DNA of 64,000 nucleotides, taken from positions 149,622 to 213,621 of the forward strand of contig JBHLOY010000006.1 of the NCBI GenBank assembly GCA_048939995.1, read 5' to 3'. A program made the translations under genes and the position numbers. The notes beneath the pieces are model-generated. The model was not told where the DNA came from, made no database searches, and saw nothing but the letters and a program-made list of their open reading frames with translations. Positions 48,581 to 59,014 of this stretch are shown here, in pieces (within the stretch, counting starts at the first letter, position 1; each line of letters starts with the position of its first letter). Source of the DNA: Promethearchaeota archaeon. Its GTDB lineage: Archaea; Asgardarchaeota; Lokiarchaeia; Sigyniarchaeales; SOKP01.

Positions 48581-49636
48581 ATGATTGAAAGATATTCACG
48601 GTTTGTAAAATTAGACCCAGGTGATGCTGATGCTTGGATTAATTTAGGTGATGCATATTATAATGATAATAACTTTGATAAAGCAATAGAATGCTATCAA
48701 AAGGCATTGGAGTTAAATCCTTATTTTTTTGAAGTTTTAAATAATATTGGTTTGGCTTTTTCAATGAAAGGAGAACCTGAAAGTGCTATTTTCTATTATA
48801 AAAAAGCACTTGAATTAGAACCTAATGATGCAATTATCTATTATAATATCGGATTTGCTTATGAGGATCTAGATAATTATCAAACCGCTTTGGAGTATTA
48901 TATGAAAGCTTTAGAATTTGAACCAAGTAATACAGATGTGTGGAATAATATTGCATTGATTTATCGCAAACAGGAACAAAACGATAAGGCAATAAATTGT
49001 TACAAAAAAGCTATTAAAATCAATCCTGATGACGCTTTATTATACAATAATCTTGCTACAATATATTATGACATGAATGATTATGACTCAGCAATAAAAT
49101 ACTATAAGAAGGCATTGGAATTAGAACCCAATAATGCAGATTTATACTGTGAACTAGCAGATATCGCATATGAATTAAATGATTATGATTTAGCAATAAA
49201 TTATTATAAAAAAGCAGTTGAGATTGATCCATCATTTCTTGAAGCTTGGAATGATTTAGGGTTGTCTTATAATCTTAAAAAAAAATATAACCAAGCAATT
49301 ACATGTTTTAAAAGGGCATTAGAAATCACTCATGATGAACCTATTTTATTTGAAAATTTAGGGTTTAGCTATCACGCATTACAAGATTATGATGAAGCAA
49401 TAAATTATTATCAAAAGACTTTGGATAAAGAGCCTACTAATTTTACTGCAAGATTGAAGTTAGCAGAAATTTATTGTAGTATTAAAAAAGAATATAAAAA
49501 GGCTATCCAACAGTTCGAAAAACTGCTTAAACTTAAACCCAAAAATTTAGATTTCTGCGAAAGTTTAGCTTTTTGTTATGAAAAATTAAATATGTTTGAT
49601 GAAGCTAAAAAATGCAGAGAAATGAGTTTTAAATAA
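48581..49636 (+). CDS. Tetratricopeptide repeat protein
   Basis: About 9-10 34-aa repeats with the pattern W.NLG..Y...A..YY.KALEL.P. Confidence 0.92.
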   Translation: MIERYSRFVKLDPGDADAWINLGDAYYNDNNFDKAIECYQKALELNPYFFEVLNNIGLAFSMKGEPESAIFYYKKALELEPNDAIIYYNIGFAYEDLDNYQTALEYYMKALEFEPSNTDVWNNIALIYRKQEQNDKAINCYKKAIKINPDDALLYNNLATIYYDMNDYDSAIKYYKKALELEPNNADLYCELADIAYELNDYDLAINYYKKAVEIDPSFLEAWNDLGLSYNLKKKYNQAITCFKRALEITHDEPILFENLGFSYHALQDYDEAINYYQKTLDKEPTNFTARLKLAEIYCSIKKEYKKAIQQFEKLLKLKPKNLDFCESLAFCYEKLNMFDEAKKCREMSFK

Positions 49637-49688
49637 CAGATCATTAGTTTTATTAACTTTTTCATTTAATTTAAATTACTGAATTGTT

Positions 49689-50999
49689 ATGGATTTATTT
49701 AATTGCGACTTTCATATACACTCACCGCACTCAATTGCTGTATCTAAATCATTAAATTTAGATACAATGAGAGAGACTTGTTTAAAGAAAGGGCTTCACA
49801 TTTTAGGTACAGGAGATATTTTACAACCTGATTGGCTTAAGTATCTAAAAAAGAATCTAAAAAGAAATAATGATGGAGCATATTATTATAAGGATATATT
49901 TTTTATTTTACAAACTGAAATAGAAGATAAAGATAGCATCCATCATCTTGTATTATTTCCTGATTTTGAATCGGTTAAAGCAGCTCAAAACAAATTGAAA
50001 TATTACTCAAAAAATATATTTGATGAATGGGGTGGCCGCCCACGAGTTGACTTAACTGCTGCAGAAATAGTTGACTTAATAACTGATTTGGGTGGTTTAA
50101 TAGGCCCTGCTCATGCTTTTACACCCTTTAAAGCCATATTTCGTCAAAATAAGTATAAAACCTTGGAAGAATGTTATCAAAATGCATTTAAAAAGGTATA
50201 TTTTTTGGAATTAGGGTTATCTGCAAATACTGAGCTAGCGGATCGCTTAGAATCCCTAAAAAGAATTACTTTTTTAAGCAATAGCGATGCTCATTCCCAA
50301 GATCCCCGATCTTTAGGTAGAGAATTTAATAAACTAGAAATAGATAATCCCTCTTTCGCAGAAGTAGTGCTCGCTTTAAAAAGAAAAGAGGGAAGAAGAG
50401 TGACTTTAAACGTAGGATTGCATCCCAAATTAGGGAAATATTATAATATGTTTTGCTATAAATGCCGAAGAAGAATACTATTTAAAGAAAGCAAAAATGA
50501 AGAGTTTGGCTTTCTATCAAATTATGCGATAAATAATAATTTTATAAATTTTTTTTCAAATGATCCTGAAAAATCTAGAAAGGAGTTTATTAGTCAAGTA
50601 GCTAGGCAAAAAATCAACTGTTTAGCCTGTAAGGAAGAGTTTAATAAAAATTTTAAAATTAAATTAGGCGTAAGTGAAAGAATTGACAGTATTGCATCAT
50701 TTAATAAACCAAAGCATCCAGAACATCGACCTGAATATATTAATGCAATTCCTTTAATCGATATTATTAGATCCATACGAGGAATAAAAAGCGTTAATAG
50801 TAAAACCGTTTTAAATGAATATAATCAACTAAATGAAAAATTAGGAACTGAATTTTCAATTTTAGTGGATATTCCCTTATTAGAAATAGAAAAATTTGAT
50901 AAGGATATAGCATCAGTTATAAATGCCTTCAGAAATGATGAAATCCAATATGTACCTGGGGGAGGAGGAATATATGGAAAGATTAAGTTAAATATTTAA
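49689..50999 (+). CDS. Endonuclease Q-like PHP-domain protein
   Basis: DFHIHSPHS, GTGD, GPAHAFTP, ELGLSA, SNSDAHS, LGKYY, PGGGGIYG. Confidence 0.8.
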   Translation: MDLFNCDFHIHSPHSIAVSKSLNLDTMRETCLKKGLHILGTGDILQPDWLKYLKKNLKRNNDGAYYYKDIFFILQTEIEDKDSIHHLVLFPDFESVKAAQNKLKYYSKNIFDEWGGRPRVDLTAAEIVDLITDLGGLIGPAHAFTPFKAIFRQNKYKTLEECYQNAFKKVYFLELGLSANTELADRLESLKRITFLSNSDAHSQDPRSLGREFNKLEIDNPSFAEVVLALKRKEGRRVTLNVGLHPKLGKYYNMFCYKCRRRILFKESKNEEFGFLSNYAINNNFINFFSNDPEKSRKEFISQVARQKINCLACKEEFNKNFKIKLGVSERIDSIASFNKPKHPEHRPEYINAIPLIDIIRSIRGIKSVNSKTVLNEYNQLNEKLGTEFSILVDIPLLEIEKFDKDIASVINAFRNDEIQYVPGGGGIYGKIKLNI

Positions 51000-51017
51000 G
51001 AAACAGCTCAATAGAAT

Positions 51018-51257
51018 CTAGAGATTAAACTCTAAATCTAACTTTATTAATTCCCCACAAGTACATGTCATGAAATCAAAAATTTTAACAGCAACTACTA
51101 AAAGTTCCAATTGATCACGAGGGAACTGATTTTTAAATTTCTTTTTATACCCACAGGAAGGACAACTTAAGATAGCTCTAACATTTATAATCGACTCATT
51201 ATTCTCTGGGTTATTTAAGGGTTTTCCACTGCTTTCTTCATTATAGTCAATTTCCAT
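51018..51257 (-). CDS. Small zinc-binding protein
   Basis: CPSC...CTCG, 79 aa. Confidence 0.65.
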   Translation of the reverse strand: MEIDYNEESSGKPLNNPENNESIINVRAILSCPSCGYKKKFKNQFPRDQLELLVVAVKIFDFMTCTCGELIKLDLEFNL

Positions 51258-51586
51258 TTTATTAAAACCCCTTCCTATATTCCAAATGAAAATTTAATCT
51301 TATAAATTTAATTCTTAATTTAATATTCTTACTTTTTCCTTAAACAAATAGTATCTTCTTAACGTAGATACGTAAATAGATTTCTTTATATTATCTAGAA
51401 ATAAATTGGCTAATTAATACCTATCAATTTCCTTTTTTTTCGATAATATTATTTTGAAAAATAGGGGGTTATAAAACTCTATTTAGATACATAGATATTA
51501 CATCCATATTACAAGAATAATACTTTCTTATATTATTCTGATATAATACTGATATTATATATCAGGAATCATAAAAGGTTAATTAA

Positions 51587-52726
51587 ATGGATGATAAAGA
51601 ATACGACTTAACTGCTCTTGCAAAATCAAGATTATCAGTTAGATCTAGATTTAATGAAATTGCTCGTCAAAATAAAAGCCATCAGAATTCTAATCTAGAT
51701 GATGATAAATATTTATCAGATTTATTAAAGATCCTAAAAATTAAAAGCATAGTTATAGGAATTGGAGGTGCTGGCAATAATACTGTGTCTCGGATGCAAG
51801 ATATTGGAAGTGATTTCGTAGAAACAATGAATATTAATACCGATGCTCATGATCTCTATTATTCCAATGCTAATAAAAAGCTTCTAATAGGAAAAGAGAC
51901 ATGCAACGGATTAGGTTCTGGTAATGATCCAAGTATTGGGGCAACAGCTGCTGAGGAGGATATAGAAAGATTATCTGAGACCTTAAAAGCAGATGTTGTT
52001 TTCTTAACTTTTGGATTAGGTGGGGGAACTGGGACTGGTGCCGCTCCAATAGTTGCAAGGGAAGCCAAGAAGAATAAAGCTACCGTAGTAACTTTTTGTT
52101 CAATCCCTTTCACATCTGAAGGCAAAGAACGGAGGAAGAGAGCTAAATCAGGACTTAAGGAGCTTATTCAAAACACTGACTGTCTCATCCCAATACCTAA
52201 TGATAATCTTCTAAGGTTTAATGAAAACATACCGATCTTAACTGGTTTTAAAATAATGGATGAAGTGTTAATTAGATGTATCCGCGAAATCCTTAATCTA
52301 ATTAATAATTGTGGTTTGATAAATATTGATTTTGCTGATGTTAGGAGAGTTTTTGAGAAAAAAGATAAAATTCCTAGTGGATTAATTGGTATTACTGAAT
52401 CTTTTGGAGATGGAACAGATCTGATAAAAAAGGCTAAATTAGCTTTACATAATCCTCTTTTAGAGCCTGATCCTAAACAAGTGGACAAATGTATTGTCTC
52501 TGTAACTGGAGACCATAAAATTTCTTTATCCAAAATCGATAAGATAATAGCTACAATTTCGAATGAGATTCCTGAAGAAGCTTCGCTTAAATTTGGGACT
52601 GCATTAGATCCATCCTTAAAGTCAAAGATAAGAATAATGGCTTTAGGAAGAGGACCAATATCTCCTTATATAGTATCAGCTATCGAAGGAACAGATTTTC
52701 CACAACCTGGCTTTTTAAACAATTAA
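51587..52726 (+). CDS. ftsZ: Cell division protein FtsZ
   Basis: GIGGAGNN, INTD, tubulin signature GLGGGTGTGAAP, PNDNL, INIDFADV. Confidence 0.93.
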   Translation: MDDKEYDLTALAKSRLSVRSRFNEIARQNKSHQNSNLDDDKYLSDLLKILKIKSIVIGIGGAGNNTVSRMQDIGSDFVETMNINTDAHDLYYSNANKKLLIGKETCNGLGSGNDPSIGATAAEEDIERLSETLKADVVFLTFGLGGGTGTGAAPIVAREAKKNKATVVTFCSIPFTSEGKERRKRAKSGLKELIQNTDCLIPIPNDNLLRFNENIPILTGFKIMDEVLIRCIREILNLINNCGLINIDFADVRRVFEKKDKIPSGLIGITESFGDGTDLIKKAKLALHNPLLEPDPKQVDKCIVSVTGDHKISLSKIDKIIATISNEIPEEASLKFGTALDPSLKSKIRIMALGRGPISPYIVSAIEGTDFPQPGFLNN

Positions 52727-52796
52727 ACATTTATAAAGCATCTATTCCTCTTCTTATTTTAATAAGAAAATATAAATTTATTAAGTTGACTAAGTC

Positions 52797-53267
52797 TTGT
52801 CTGAAAAAATGCCGGAACTTGCTCTTAAAAAAGCAATACATGATTTCCTCAATAAAAGAAAAGTTCTAGTACTGTGCACATGTTCCAATAATATTCCTAG
52901 AGCAACTCCAATGGATTTCTATATGGAAAAAGATAATGATAATTTTAATATATATTTGGGACCCACTCCTGGAAAAAAAATAGAAAATATTAAAGAAAAT
53001 CCAATCATTAGCATTGGACTTTATACTCCAATGTCAGAGGGAAAGATAGAGGGAATGCAGATTACAGCATCTGGGAAAAATAGATTAATTTTCTTAAAGG
53101 AAGGAGATCATGAATTCAAAGCTGCTCAAAAAATTGTTCGAGGAAAAAGAAAACTCATCCTAAAAATAATCCCTGAAAAAATAGAGCTCCTCGATTATGA
53201 TTTTATAAAGGATGGATATTCAAGACTTCAAGTATTAGAACCAAAAAAAATTAAGTTAAAATTATAA
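52797..53267 (+). CDS. Pyridoxamine 5'-phosphate oxidase-like (split barrel) protein
   Basis: LCTCSNNIPRATPM, KKIENIKENPIISI, GMQITA. Confidence 0.75.
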   Translation: MSEKMPELALKKAIHDFLNKRKVLVLCTCSNNIPRATPMDFYMEKDNDNFNIYLGPTPGKKIENIKENPIISIGLYTPMSEGKIEGMQITASGKNRLIFLKEGDHEFKAAQKIVRGKRKLILKIIPEKIELLDYDFIKDGYSRLQVLEPKKIKLKL

Positions 53268-53564
53268 AAAAAGTTTAATTACTTCTTCTGCATCCAGTAA
53301 TAATTCAGGATAGTATCGGTAACCATCTACTGTAGCATATAATGTAAATCTTTTCCCAATTGCCTTTAGAGTTTCCTTTACTTTGTCATCTGGAAACTCA
53401 TATACAGCATATGTTTTATAATGACCATCTGAAGACACTACTGTCCAGTGATGGATTTTCTTAACGAAATCAGGGTATGGTGGTTTATCTTTTGACATAT
53501 ACACTTTCAATAATTCCCGAGCTTTATTTGGGGGATACCAAGCTGTAACTAATATATGAGCCAT
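53262..53564 (-). CDS. Small hypothetical protein
   Basis: 100-aa ORF with an upstream SD-like GAGGA. Confidence 0.65.
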   Translation of the reverse strand: MAHILVTAWYPPNKARELLKVYMSKDKPPYPDFVKKIHHWTVVSSDGHYKTYAVYEFPDDKVKETLKAIGKRFTLYATVDGYRYYPELLLDAEEVIKLFL

Positions 53565-53762
53565 TTGACTTAATCCTCTTTGATTTTAAGTTTACAATTT
53601 AATTCATGTAAATATTATTTTTATTTCTTACATGAATAGTAGATTTAAGGAATTTATTTCTTATAACTTCTTGCCCATATAGTAATAAATTTACCTTATT
53701 TAGTAGGATCATACCTAATTTTAGAATCAAAACTTTTATGCAAATTATTCCTATTTATAATA

Positions 53763-54683
53763 ATGGGACTATTTAATGTGCAAAATATAATAGGTTTAAT
53801 TTCCATGGGACCATCATTTTTACAATCAATAATAAGAAATGTTCCATTTTATGTAAATTTTGATTTAACTTGGCAATGTAACTTAAAGTGTCAGCATTGT
53901 TATTTTTTCTCTACAACATCACAATTAAAAAGTAAGAAAAAAGAGTTGTCCAATGAAGAATGGATTAAGCTTTTTAAATACTATAGAAATTTTGGAACAA
54001 AAATAGCTATTTTAACCGGTGGAGAGCCTACTTTAAGAATGGATATTATAAACGAGGCGATCAAAATTTTCCCTTCAGTTCAAGTTGTGTCAAATGGAGT
54101 TATAAAATTGCCACGATTTAATGGATATAAACAACCAAAATACTGGGTGAGTTTAGATGGTACAAAGGAAACTCATGATAAGATAAGAGGAGTGAAAGTT
54201 TTTGATAAAGTCATACAAACTATTCGGGAAAATAATCCTGTTGTTTCATCAACCATAATGACATTAAATTATAAGGAAATTGAAGAGGTTGTTAAAATTG
54301 CATATGATAATGGTGCTTCTGGATTTGTGTTTTTATTTTATACTGGTTATCCCAATGACCCTCTTTTATTAAAAGGAAATATATTAAAAAAGACATTTAA
54401 AGATATTTTAAAAGTATTACGTGCATATGGTGATTTTATTTTTTATTCAAAAAAAATGTTAGAATTATACCTCTCAAAAGAGTTTGTACCACATTGCATA
54501 TTTAAAACTGGTCAAATAAAAAGTTTCTATCCGAATGGAAAACAAAAATTTTGTGTTATGGGAAATTCACCATTATTATGTGACAATTGCGGATGTATTG
54601 TACCGATAGCTGCTTATGCCTTATTTAAGAAATTTGATTCTGATACTGTTGAAAAAACGAAAAAATTATTTAATCTTGCCTAA
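53763..54683 (+). CDS. Radical SAM protein
   Basis: CNLKCQHCY, TGGEPTL, SLDG; C-terminal Cys cluster CDNCGC. Confidence 0.88.
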   Translation: MGLFNVQNIIGLISMGPSFLQSIIRNVPFYVNFDLTWQCNLKCQHCYFFSTTSQLKSKKKELSNEEWIKLFKYYRNFGTKIAILTGGEPTLRMDIINEAIKIFPSVQVVSNGVIKLPRFNGYKQPKYWVSLDGTKETHDKIRGVKVFDKVIQTIRENNPVVSSTIMTLNYKEIEEVVKIAYDNGASGFVFLFYTGYPNDPLLLKGNILKKTFKDILKVLRAYGDFIFYSKKMLELYLSKEFVPHCIFKTGQIKSFYPNGKQKFCVMGNSPLLCDNCGCIVPIAAYALFKKFDSDTVEKTKKLFNLA

Positions 54684-54798
54684 TAAATAACCGCGGAATT
54701 TTTAAAAAAAAGTCCATATAAGCATAAAGTTTTTGGAGAATGTATATTAATTCCAATTATCAAATGAATTATAATTGGACAAATTAATACTGATTATA

Positions 54799-57765
54799 AT
54801 GCTATCAGAAAGGGACCAGAATGAGCTTAAAAAAGCTCGTACAGACAAAGAACTTAAAACTATTTTTAAGAAAATTGCCTCAAAAGATTCTGATAAATAT
54901 TTCCCGACTAGTAAACTTCAAACTCTAGGATACATGAGAAAACAATGTAATAGCTGTGGGAAATTTTTCTGGACCACAGTTAAGGAAAAAAACGTATGTG
55001 GTGATCCTACTTGTTCTGGTGGATTTCAAGTAGTTAAAGATAATCCATCAAAAATAAAATTATCATTCATAGAAGTATGGAAGAAAATCGTAGAGATTTT
55101 AGAACCTAGAGGGTACAAACCGATAAATAGATATCCTTGTGTAGCAAGATGGAATCCAACCTCTGAATTTACGATAGCTTCAATTTCAGCTTTTCAACCA
55201 TATGTGGTGACAGGCGAAGTTGAGCCTCCAGCCAAAAAATTACTAATACCTCAATTTTGCTTAAGGTTTAATGATATCGAAAATGTTGGTGTCACTGGAT
55301 CACACAATACTGGTTTTGTTATGATAGGACAGCATGCATTTGTTCCACCAGAAGAGTGGAATCAAAATGAATTTTTTATTGATATACATGATTTTATTCA
55401 TAAAGGGGTAGGACTTCCAAAGGAGGAGATAACTATACATGAAGACTCTTGGGCAGGAGGCGGCAACTTTGGATGTAGTTTAGAGTTTTTCAGTCGAGGA
55501 GTAGAGCTTTTTAATCAAGTTTACATGATGTTTGAACAAACAGCTGAGGGACCTAAAGAGCTTAAACTTAAGGTTTTAGATATGGGACTAGGTCAAGAGA
55601 GAGTCTCTTGGTTTTCTCAAGGAACTCCGAATATTTATGAAGCCACATTTCCTTATGTATTATCTAAGTTGCGAGAAATTACTAAATTTGAATTAGATTT
55701 AGGATTATATAATAAATTTTCGAAATATTCAGCTTATTTAAATATCGATGAGGTTGATGATATGGAAACTGCCTGGCAGAGGGTTGCAGACGAATTAAAT
55801 ATTGATGTCCTTGAAATTCAGAAAAAAATTATTCCAATGACTGCCCTTTATTCAATTGCAGAACATGCAAGAAGCTTGCTTTTTGCCATTAATGATGGAA
55901 AACTTCCTTCCAATGTTGGAGGAGGTTATAACCTACGTGTAATCTTCAGGCGTGCTATTAGCTTTATTGATCAATTTCAATGGAATATTGATCTTGCAAC
56001 TATTTGTGAATGGCACGCTGAAGAATTAAAAGGAATATTTCCCGAAGTCTCTGAACATCTGGATGAAATAAGAGAAATCTTAGATTTTGAAAAAGAAAAG
56101 TATTATGCAAATAAAAAGGAAGCAAAGAAGGTATTGGAGAAAGAATTGAAAAAAGGATCTATATCAATAGGAAAACTAATTGAATTATATGATTCTAAGG
56201 GAATTAATCCTGAATTAGTAAAAGAAACAGCGAAAAAGTTCAATATATCAATAAAAATTCCCGATGATTTTTACAGACGGGTTGTTAATCGCCATGAAAA
56301 GCAAGAACAAATCTATGCAACTCAAAAAGAAATTGAATTAGATTTATCTGATATTGCTGAAAAAGAGACTAAATCTCTTTATTATCATGATTATACTCAA
56401 ACATCTAATAAAGCTAAAGTACTTAAAATTATTGATAATTATGTAATACTAGACCAATCCGTAGCATATCCAACCTCAGGTGGTCAATTACATGATATAG
56501 GAAAAATCAATGGAGAACCATTCAAGGATGTTTTCAAACAAGGCAATTATGTTGTCCACATAATGGAAAAGAGACCATCATTTAACGAGGGAGATAACAT
56601 TCTAGTTGAAGTAGATAAGGCTTGGAGAACTCAACTTTCTCAGCATCATACTGCCACTCATATTGTAAATGCAGCCGCACGACAGGTCTTAGGAGAACAT
56701 GTAAATCAGGCAGGAGCAAAAAAAACTTTACGAAATTCTCATCTGGATATTACTCATTATAATCAAATTCCAGACGATTTACTTAAAAAGATAGAAAATA
56801 GAGCTAATAAAATAGTAGAGAAAAAAATTGATTTAAATTTATCATTCATACCGAGATCAGAAGCAGAACATAAATATGGAATGTCAATATATCAAGGTGG
56901 TGCTGTTCCTGGGAAGTATTTAAGAATTGTGGAAATACCAGGAGTAGATGTGGAAGCTTGCGGTGGAACACATTTAAACAATACTTCAGAGGCAGGAAGT
57001 ATAAAAATTTTAAAATCCCAAAAAGTCCAAGATGGTATAGTAAGACTTACTTTTACAGCAGGTAGTGCAACTTTAGAAAATCAGAAAGCAGAAGCCAAAG
57101 CTATAGCAGAATTAGAAAAAAATTTAAATGTTTCTAAGGAAAAAATAGTTGGAAGGGTAAATGAATTAATCAATAAATGGAAGAAATTAAATAAAGGCCT
57201 TCAGACAGGTAAATATAATAAAGTTGATATGCAATTAAGTTCAACGGATGAGTTTAAAGGTGATATCCTTACTGAATTATCACGAATTCTAAATGTTAAG
57301 AAAGAAAAGGTGCCATCAAAGATTAAAAAATTTTATTATGAATGGGATGAAGCAAGGAACAAGTTAGAGCAAGTTAGAAAATATTTAACCAAAGATTATA
57401 TAGAAAAGCTAATTGAGAAAGCTAAACCTTTTGGCAAAACAAGGGTAGTATTTGCGAGTTTTAATAATTTAGATCAGAAAGATGTTCAAAATATCAGTTC
57501 AAATGTACTAAAAAATACTGAAAATATAATGACTTTATTTTTTAATGAAAGTGATAAAGGAACGACAGTAACAGGAATGCTTGATGCCAAAGGAGTAAAA
57601 ACTTCTGACTTTGATATGGGCGAATTTATAAAAAAAGAGACTCGCTTTTTTAAAGGCAAAGGAGGGGGAAAAAATGATTACGGTCAAGGTTTCATTGAAA
57701 AGAGATATGCAAGTCGAGATTCTATAGAAAAACACTTTTATAACAGACTTTTTGAAAAAAAATAA
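54799..57765 (+). CDS. alaS: Alanine--tRNA ligase (archaeal type)
   Basis: TIASISAFQP, WAGGGNFG, DMGLGQER, editing motifs HHTATH and CGGTH, C-Ala GKGGGK. Confidence 0.95.
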   Translation: MLSERDQNELKKARTDKELKTIFKKIASKDSDKYFPTSKLQTLGYMRKQCNSCGKFFWTTVKEKNVCGDPTCSGGFQVVKDNPSKIKLSFIEVWKKIVEILEPRGYKPINRYPCVARWNPTSEFTIASISAFQPYVVTGEVEPPAKKLLIPQFCLRFNDIENVGVTGSHNTGFVMIGQHAFVPPEEWNQNEFFIDIHDFIHKGVGLPKEEITIHEDSWAGGGNFGCSLEFFSRGVELFNQVYMMFEQTAEGPKELKLKVLDMGLGQERVSWFSQGTPNIYEATFPYVLSKLREITKFELDLGLYNKFSKYSAYLNIDEVDDMETAWQRVADELNIDVLEIQKKIIPMTALYSIAEHARSLLFAINDGKLPSNVGGGYNLRVIFRRAISFIDQFQWNIDLATICEWHAEELKGIFPEVSEHLDEIREILDFEKEKYYANKKEAKKVLEKELKKGSISIGKLIELYDSKGINPELVKETAKKFNISIKIPDDFYRRVVNRHEKQEQIYATQKEIELDLSDIAEKETKSLYYHDYTQTSNKAKVLKIIDNYVILDQSVAYPTSGGQLHDIGKINGEPFKDVFKQGNYVVHIMEKRPSFNEGDNILVEVDKAWRTQLSQHHTATHIVNAAARQVLGEHVNQAGAKKTLRNSHLDITHYNQIPDDLLKKIENRANKIVEKKIDLNLSFIPRSEAEHKYGMSIYQGGAVPGKYLRIVEIPGVDVEACGGTHLNNTSEAGSIKILKSQKVQDGIVRLTFTAGSATLENQKAEAKAIAELEKNLNVSKEKIVGRVNELINKWKKLNKGLQTGKYNKVDMQLSSTDEFKGDILTELSRILNVKKEKVPSKIKKFYYEWDEARNKLEQVRKYLTKDYIEKLIEKAKPFGKTRVVFASFNNLDQKDVQNISSNVLKNTENIMTLFFNESDKGTTVTGMLDAKGVKTSDFDMGEFIKKETRFFKGKGGGKNDYGQGFIEKRYASRDSIEKHFYNRLFEKK

Positions 57766-57884
57766 TCGTTTTTCTATATAACTTATATAGTATCTATATT
57801 TTATATTGTAATAGTTTAAGTCTATCAAAATCTTTTATTTTATTAGAAGATAAATACATAAAAAGTGAAAATTGGGGTGATATA

Positions 57885-58016
57885 ATGAAAACAATCTTTC
57901 AAGAATTCTACTGTTCTGTTTGTGGACAAATAAGCATCTTGAAAGTAGAAAATATATGTTTAAATTGTCGGGATAACCAAATTTTGAATGAAATCTACCA
58001 AGAGGAAAGTAATTAA
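57885..58016 (+). CDS. 43-aa zinc-finger microprotein (not in ORF track)
   Basis: SD GGGGTGA 4 nt before the ATG; MKTIFQEFYCSVCGQISILKVENICLNCRDNQILNEIYQEESN. Confidence 0.65.
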   Translation: MKTIFQEFYCSVCGQISILKVENICLNCRDNQILNEIYQEESN

Positions 58017-58204
58017 CTTAATTAAATTACATAAAGTGACATAACTTACTCAGTTCTCTTAGAAGCTTTAATTTTTTTTCTGAATCTTCGATAAATAGAT
58101 TAAATACAAAATTTTTTATACTCATTAGAGTCTTATTAATTATATTCTAAACATTAATAGTAAGTCTTAGTTAATTAATAATTATTTCTTTCAGCTGATA
58201 TCCC

Positions 58205-59014
58205 ATGGTTGAGATAACTCAAATAAGTGATTTACACTTCGGCAGTGAATTTAGAGAGGATTGTTTTGATAATATTATAAATTTTATCAAAAGAAAAGAA
58301 CCAGATGCTGTTATAGCTACAGGGGATATAGTACATAAGGGTAGATTTAAGCAATTTGAGGCATTCATGCCTTATCTAGAAAAACTCAAAGAAGTATCTA
58401 AAAATTTTATGGTTATACCGGGTAATCATGATGCAAAATCGAGTGGTTTAATTCAATTTGAACGATTCATCGGCCCTAGACGTTCAAAATTGATAATTGA
58501 AGAAAAAGACACTTTGATTGTAGGATTATGTACCGCTAGAGATGATACATCAGAGGGACTCATAGGTGATGAACAATTAGATTGGTTAGGCAGACAATTT
58601 AACAAAAATTTAGAAAATCGGGTGATAGCTTTACATCATCATACAATTGGAGTCCCCTATAGTGGTAGGAAACATAATACTTATCCTGATGCTGGAGAAC
58701 TTATTGAGTTCACACAAATATTTGGAGTAGATCTTGTATGCCATGGACATAAACATGTCCCCCACGCTTATGTAATAGGCCCTACCACATTCCTATATTG
58801 CGGAACTTCGGCCTCAAACAAAGTCCGTGCGGCAGAAAATCCAAGCTTTAATCATATTTCACTCAATGAGGGGGATATAGAAGTTCAACTAATAAATACA
58901 GAGGATTTAGAAAAATCTTTACTGCTCCAAAGAAAAGAAAATCATACTAAGTTTGTTCGACCACGAAGGACTCGTATCGAACATCTATTAGGTTCACCCG
59001 TTTGGGATGATTAA
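58205..59014 (+). CDS. Calcineurin-like metallophosphoesterase (Icc/CpdA-like)
   Basis: SDLHFG, TGDIV, PGNHD, LHHH, GHKH. Confidence 0.9.
   Translation: MVEITQISDLHFGSEFREDCFDNIINFIKRKEPDAVIATGDIVHKGRFKQFEAFMPYLEKLKEVSKNFMVIPGNHDAKSSGLIQFERFIGPRRSKLIIEEKDTLIVGLCTARDDTSEGLIGDEQLDWLGRQFNKNLENRVIALHHHTIGVPYSGRKHNTYPDAGELIEFTQIFGVDLVCHGHKHVPHAYVIGPTTFLYCGTSASNKVRAAENPSFNHISLNEGDIEVQLINTEDLEKSLLLQRKENHTKFVRPRRTRIEHLLGSPVWDD

Noticed and set aside
48581-49636. Periodic DNA similarity suggesting a repeat array or CRISPR
   Set aside because: Explained by 34-aa TPR coding repeats; there are no identical repeats with unique spacers
51360-51550. Short imperfect direct repeats (TAGATAC.TA.ATA) upstream of ftsZ
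   Set aside because: Too short and AT-rich to distinguish from chance
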